Assembly (NCBI GenBank): GCA_964549615.1
Contig: CAZJVP010000100.1
Coordinates: forward strand, 1 to 26,930
Direction: 5' to 3'
DNA length: 26,930 bases
Source of the DNA: an uncultured Thermococci archaeon
Lineage (GTDB): Archaea; CAYQAE01; CAYVLA01
Made by a program: the position numbers and the translations under genes
In this document: positions 24,469 through 26,930 of the stretch, in pieces
How the letters are laid out: each line of letters begins with the position of its first letter
How positions within the stretch are numbered: the first letter of the stretch is position 1
The notes under the pieces: model-generated
Seen by the model: the letters and a program-made list of their open reading frames with translations, nothing else
What the model was told of the DNA's origin: nothing
Database searches by the model: none

Positions 24469-26004
24469 ATGGCAAGACGTGGCTTAGCAATGGGTCTGCT
24501 CCTTGCACTGCTGGCGGCGGTCTTGGTCCTGGGTTTCTACGCCCAGCAAGGGATGGGCAAAACCAAGGAGACAATCGCTCACGACCCTGCCCCCTTTGTC
24601 TTCAGCTTCGGGCAGGATTTCAGCCCGAATGGATCGGTTACGGGGGTTATCGCGCTTGAAGCGCATCTTGACGGGGGCGAGCTGAAGGTCTGGGGTTTGT
24701 CCCCGAAGCTTTTCATTGGAAGACGGTTCTACAACATCAGAAGCGGCGAGGAGTACCTGGAGTTGGACGACCTGAACCAGATGGGCGTTCCAATCTCAGA
24801 GGACCGTCCCTTCGTCCTAGCTGACCTTGTGGTGCGCCCCTGGAGTTCGGAGTGGCTGTCCGTTCCATCCGGAGGCAATGTGATCATAGATTCTATTCAA
24901 CACATATGGGATCTGAACCTGAGTCAGGTCGTGCAGGAACTGGTCCAGGATTTCAGTGAGCGGGAGGCCGAGCACCGCTCGCAGGTGAGCCTCGCGATGC
25001 ATGTTCTTGATCCGGCAAGATACAACGTTCTCAAGACCCGGATCTGGGCCACCTTCTCCGACGGCAAGCCCCTGGTGGTCTTCGACCAAGCCGCGCGATA
25101 CGAGGGTCCCCTTGAATGGTATGTCGACCCGGTCCATCTGCTTGTCACCGCCTTTGAGCTGAACCAGGGCGGCAAGATCGAGAAAGTGATCGTGGTGCCG
25201 CCGCATCTGGCATCAGGGGTCTCAGGGGGGCTTCGCGTCCTACTCCTCATGAGCTCCGGGCAGATCAGGGCAGGCGATGAGGTGCGCTTCATGCTGGCGT
25301 TGGAAAACGAGGGGAAGGATCCATACGAGGTGCAGACCGGCCTCCCGTTGTTTGACGTAAAGCTTTGCGACAGCGCGGGCAGGGCGTTGGGGTCCTGGAG
25401 CCTAGGTAGGGCGTTTGCGCAGTATGTGGAGAACATCAAGCTGAATGTTGGGGAGTCTAGGAGGGAGACGCTTTCCTGGGACCTCTCTATCTACGATGAA
25501 AAGACGGGCCTTTCCAGCTACCCTCCAACGGGAGCCTACCAGGTCCTTGGGGTATGGCTTCCAGCCGGCGTCGAGACGACCAAGCTTAACATGAAGATCG
25601 ATTGCGGGCGCCCGCAGCTGAACCTTACCTTCTTGCGAACGGGCGGGGTAGCGGGACTCCGCGAAAGGTTCAGGCTCACGCTTGCGGGAAATGCCATCCT
25701 TGAAGACCTCAAGAGCGGTAGGAAGCTTTCCATGTGTCTGACTCCCTCCGAGCACTGGGCGGTCTACGAGTCCCTCCAGGAATACGGGCTGGCCCAGATC
25801 GTGCCCGAGGAGTTCAGGGCAAGGGCAGGCACTGCCGACTTCTTCGTCTACGACATCGAAGCCGTCTTGGATGACGACGAGAAGAAGTTAAGGTGGGTGG
25901 ATCTTTGGGCGATCCAGGAACCTTATCCGTTGTCGTTGGTGGGGATCGACAACACGATGGTGCGGCTTGTGGAGCGGGTCAGAAACGCGGGATCGCCTGC
26001 CTAG
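24469..26004 (+). CDS. Membrane-anchored hypothetical protein with BsuPI-like and emfourin-like domains
   Basis: N-terminal TM; Ig-like segment GDEVRFMLALEN...FDV...WSLGRAFAQ...L.VGES...WD...GAY; C-terminal RTGGVAG...ADFFVYDI. Coding status good, domain calls tentative. Confidence 0.6.
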   Translation: MARRGLAMGLLLALLAAVLVLGFYAQQGMGKTKETIAHDPAPFVFSFGQDFSPNGSVTGVIALEAHLDGGELKVWGLSPKLFIGRRFYNIRSGEEYLELDDLNQMGVPISEDRPFVLADLVVRPWSSEWLSVPSGGNVIIDSIQHIWDLNLSQVVQELVQDFSEREAEHRSQVSLAMHVLDPARYNVLKTRIWATFSDGKPLVVFDQAARYEGPLEWYVDPVHLLVTAFELNQGGKIEKVIVVPPHLASGVSGGLRVLLLMSSGQIRAGDEVRFMLALENEGKDPYEVQTGLPLFDVKLCDSAGRALGSWSLGRAFAQYVENIKLNVGESRRETLSWDLSIYDEKTGLSSYPPTGAYQVLGVWLPAGVETTKLNMKIDCGRPQLNLTFLRTGGVAGLRERFRLTLAGNAILEDLKSGRKLSMCLTPSEHWAVYESLQEYGLAQIVPEEFRARAGTADFFVYDIEAVLDDDEKKLRWVDLWAIQEPYPLSLVGIDNTMVRLVERVRNAGSPA

Positions 26005-26062
26005 GCGTGGCGCAGACGTTCGGGGCCATTAGCTTTATCTCCATTCGATCTTGTTCCATACC

Positions 26063-26930
26063 ATGCCCACCGGGGCCGATGTCGTAGCTAAGCAGCTTCT
26101 TTCCCAGGACGTCACGTGGGTTTCAACCCTGTGCGGCAACGGGCTGAACCCCTTCTACGATGCCTGCCGGAGGGCTGGCATACGGTTGGTTGACACCCAC
26201 AACGAGCAGGCAGCAGCTTACGTCGCCGATGCGTACGCGAGGCTGACGGGCAGGCTTGCGGTGTGCGCCGTGAGCAGCGGGATCGCCCACAGCAACGCCC
26301 TCACCGGCCTGGCAAACGCATATTTTGACTGTGCCCCCGTTCTTCTGATAACTGGCGCAAGCCCGGGGTACGGCTCGAACCGCGGTGTTTTCCAAGAGTT
26401 CGACCAGGTGGCGCTGGCCGCGCCCATATGCAGGTTCTCTGCAGCGGTCGGAAAGGTCGATGAGCTCCTCACGCTCTTGCGTGAAGCCATCTCATGCGCG
26501 CTTGGGGGCCGTCCGGGTCCCGTTCATCTGACGATTCCAGAAGATATCCTGAAGGCGGAGGTTGGCAGCCTGCCTCGGATCTCCAGGGTGCTGGGCAGCA
26601 GGCCGTCCGGTGCGTCGCCTTCGCAGGTGGCCTGCGCCGCTGAGAAGATCGAGGAGGCCAAGAGGCCGATCCTGATAGTCGGGACGGGCGCATTCCGGTC
26701 AGGCGCGCAGGCGGCGCTGATTCGGTTCAGCGAAGCATTCGGGGTGCCATTCGTCGTTCCCATATGGGACAGAGGGATCGTCGAAGCGCCCCACCCCAAC
26801 TTCATGGGCGTGATCGGCGCAGCGAGCGGGGAGCCGAGGCTCTTGGAGGATGCCGACCTCGTGATTCTCGCAGGTGCAGAAATTGACTACAGGTGCGGAT
26901 TCCTATCCCCGCCGAAGGTAGGGCCCGGGA
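26063..26930 (+). CDS. Thiamine pyrophosphate-binding enzyme (acetolactate synthase-like), runs off window end
   Basis: Manual translation: MPTGADVVAKQL...LCGNGLNPFYDAC...DTHNEQAAAYVADAYARLTG...PVLLITG...GRPGPVHLTIPED; absent from the ORF track, consistent with no stop before the window end. Confidence 0.88.
   Translation, partial: MPTGADVVAKQLLSQDVTWVSTLCGNGLNPFYDACRRAGIRLVDTHNEQAAAYVADAYARLTGRLAVCAVSSGIAHSNALTGLANAYFDCAPVLLITGASPGYGSNRGVFQEFDQVALAAPICRFSAAVGKVDELLTLLREAISCALGGRPGPVHLTIPEDILKAEVGSLPRISRVLGSRPSGASPSQVACAAEKIEEAKRPILIVGTGAFRSGAQAALIRFSEAFGVPFVVPIWDRGIVEAPHPNFMGVIGAASGEPRLLEDADLVILAGAEIDYRCGFLSPPKVGPG

Noticed and set aside
1-26930. CRISPR arrays, rRNA/tRNA genes, transposases or integrases
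   Set aside because: No regularly spaced repeats, RNA gene signatures or recombinase motifs seen by eye.

Overview
GC-rich archaeal genomic window. TATA/BRE-type promoters, GGAGGTG ribosome-binding sites, a stand-alone MtrH and a membrane-anchored wHTH regulator suggest Bathyarchaeia, but this is inference. The core (about 7.0-22.5 kb) is a metal/Fe-S gene cluster in two convergent blocks plus a divergent pair. The + block holds DUF134, a CDF-NifX fusion, three Gly/Trp/Tyr/Pro-rich DUF5320-like proteins, two NifB/NifX proteins, an MBL hydrolase, a DtxR-like regulator and MtrH. The - block holds NifX, a CoA-disulfide-reductase-like flavoprotein, Mrp/ApbC, two ferredoxin-containing MinD-like ATPases, a methyltransferase and a radical SAM protein. 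The divergent pair is DUF89 and a Cys-tailed Lrp. The best candidate for an undescribed system is a split, modular version of an IssA-like Fe-S storage particle or condensate: aromatic low-complexity proteins and a NifX protein share one repeated ~30-aa coiled-coil tag. Two families of operator palindromes can be read directly from the sequence. Flanks hold a beta-propeller protein, a metallophosphoesterase fusion, VapBC with an operator, a Thr-type sulfatase-like protein, a SOR-like/cytochrome b561 fusion, a possible double protease-inhibitor protein, a partial TPP enzyme and several pseudogenes. No rRNA, tRNA, CRISPR array or transposase was seen. All family calls come from motif recognition by eye, not database searches.
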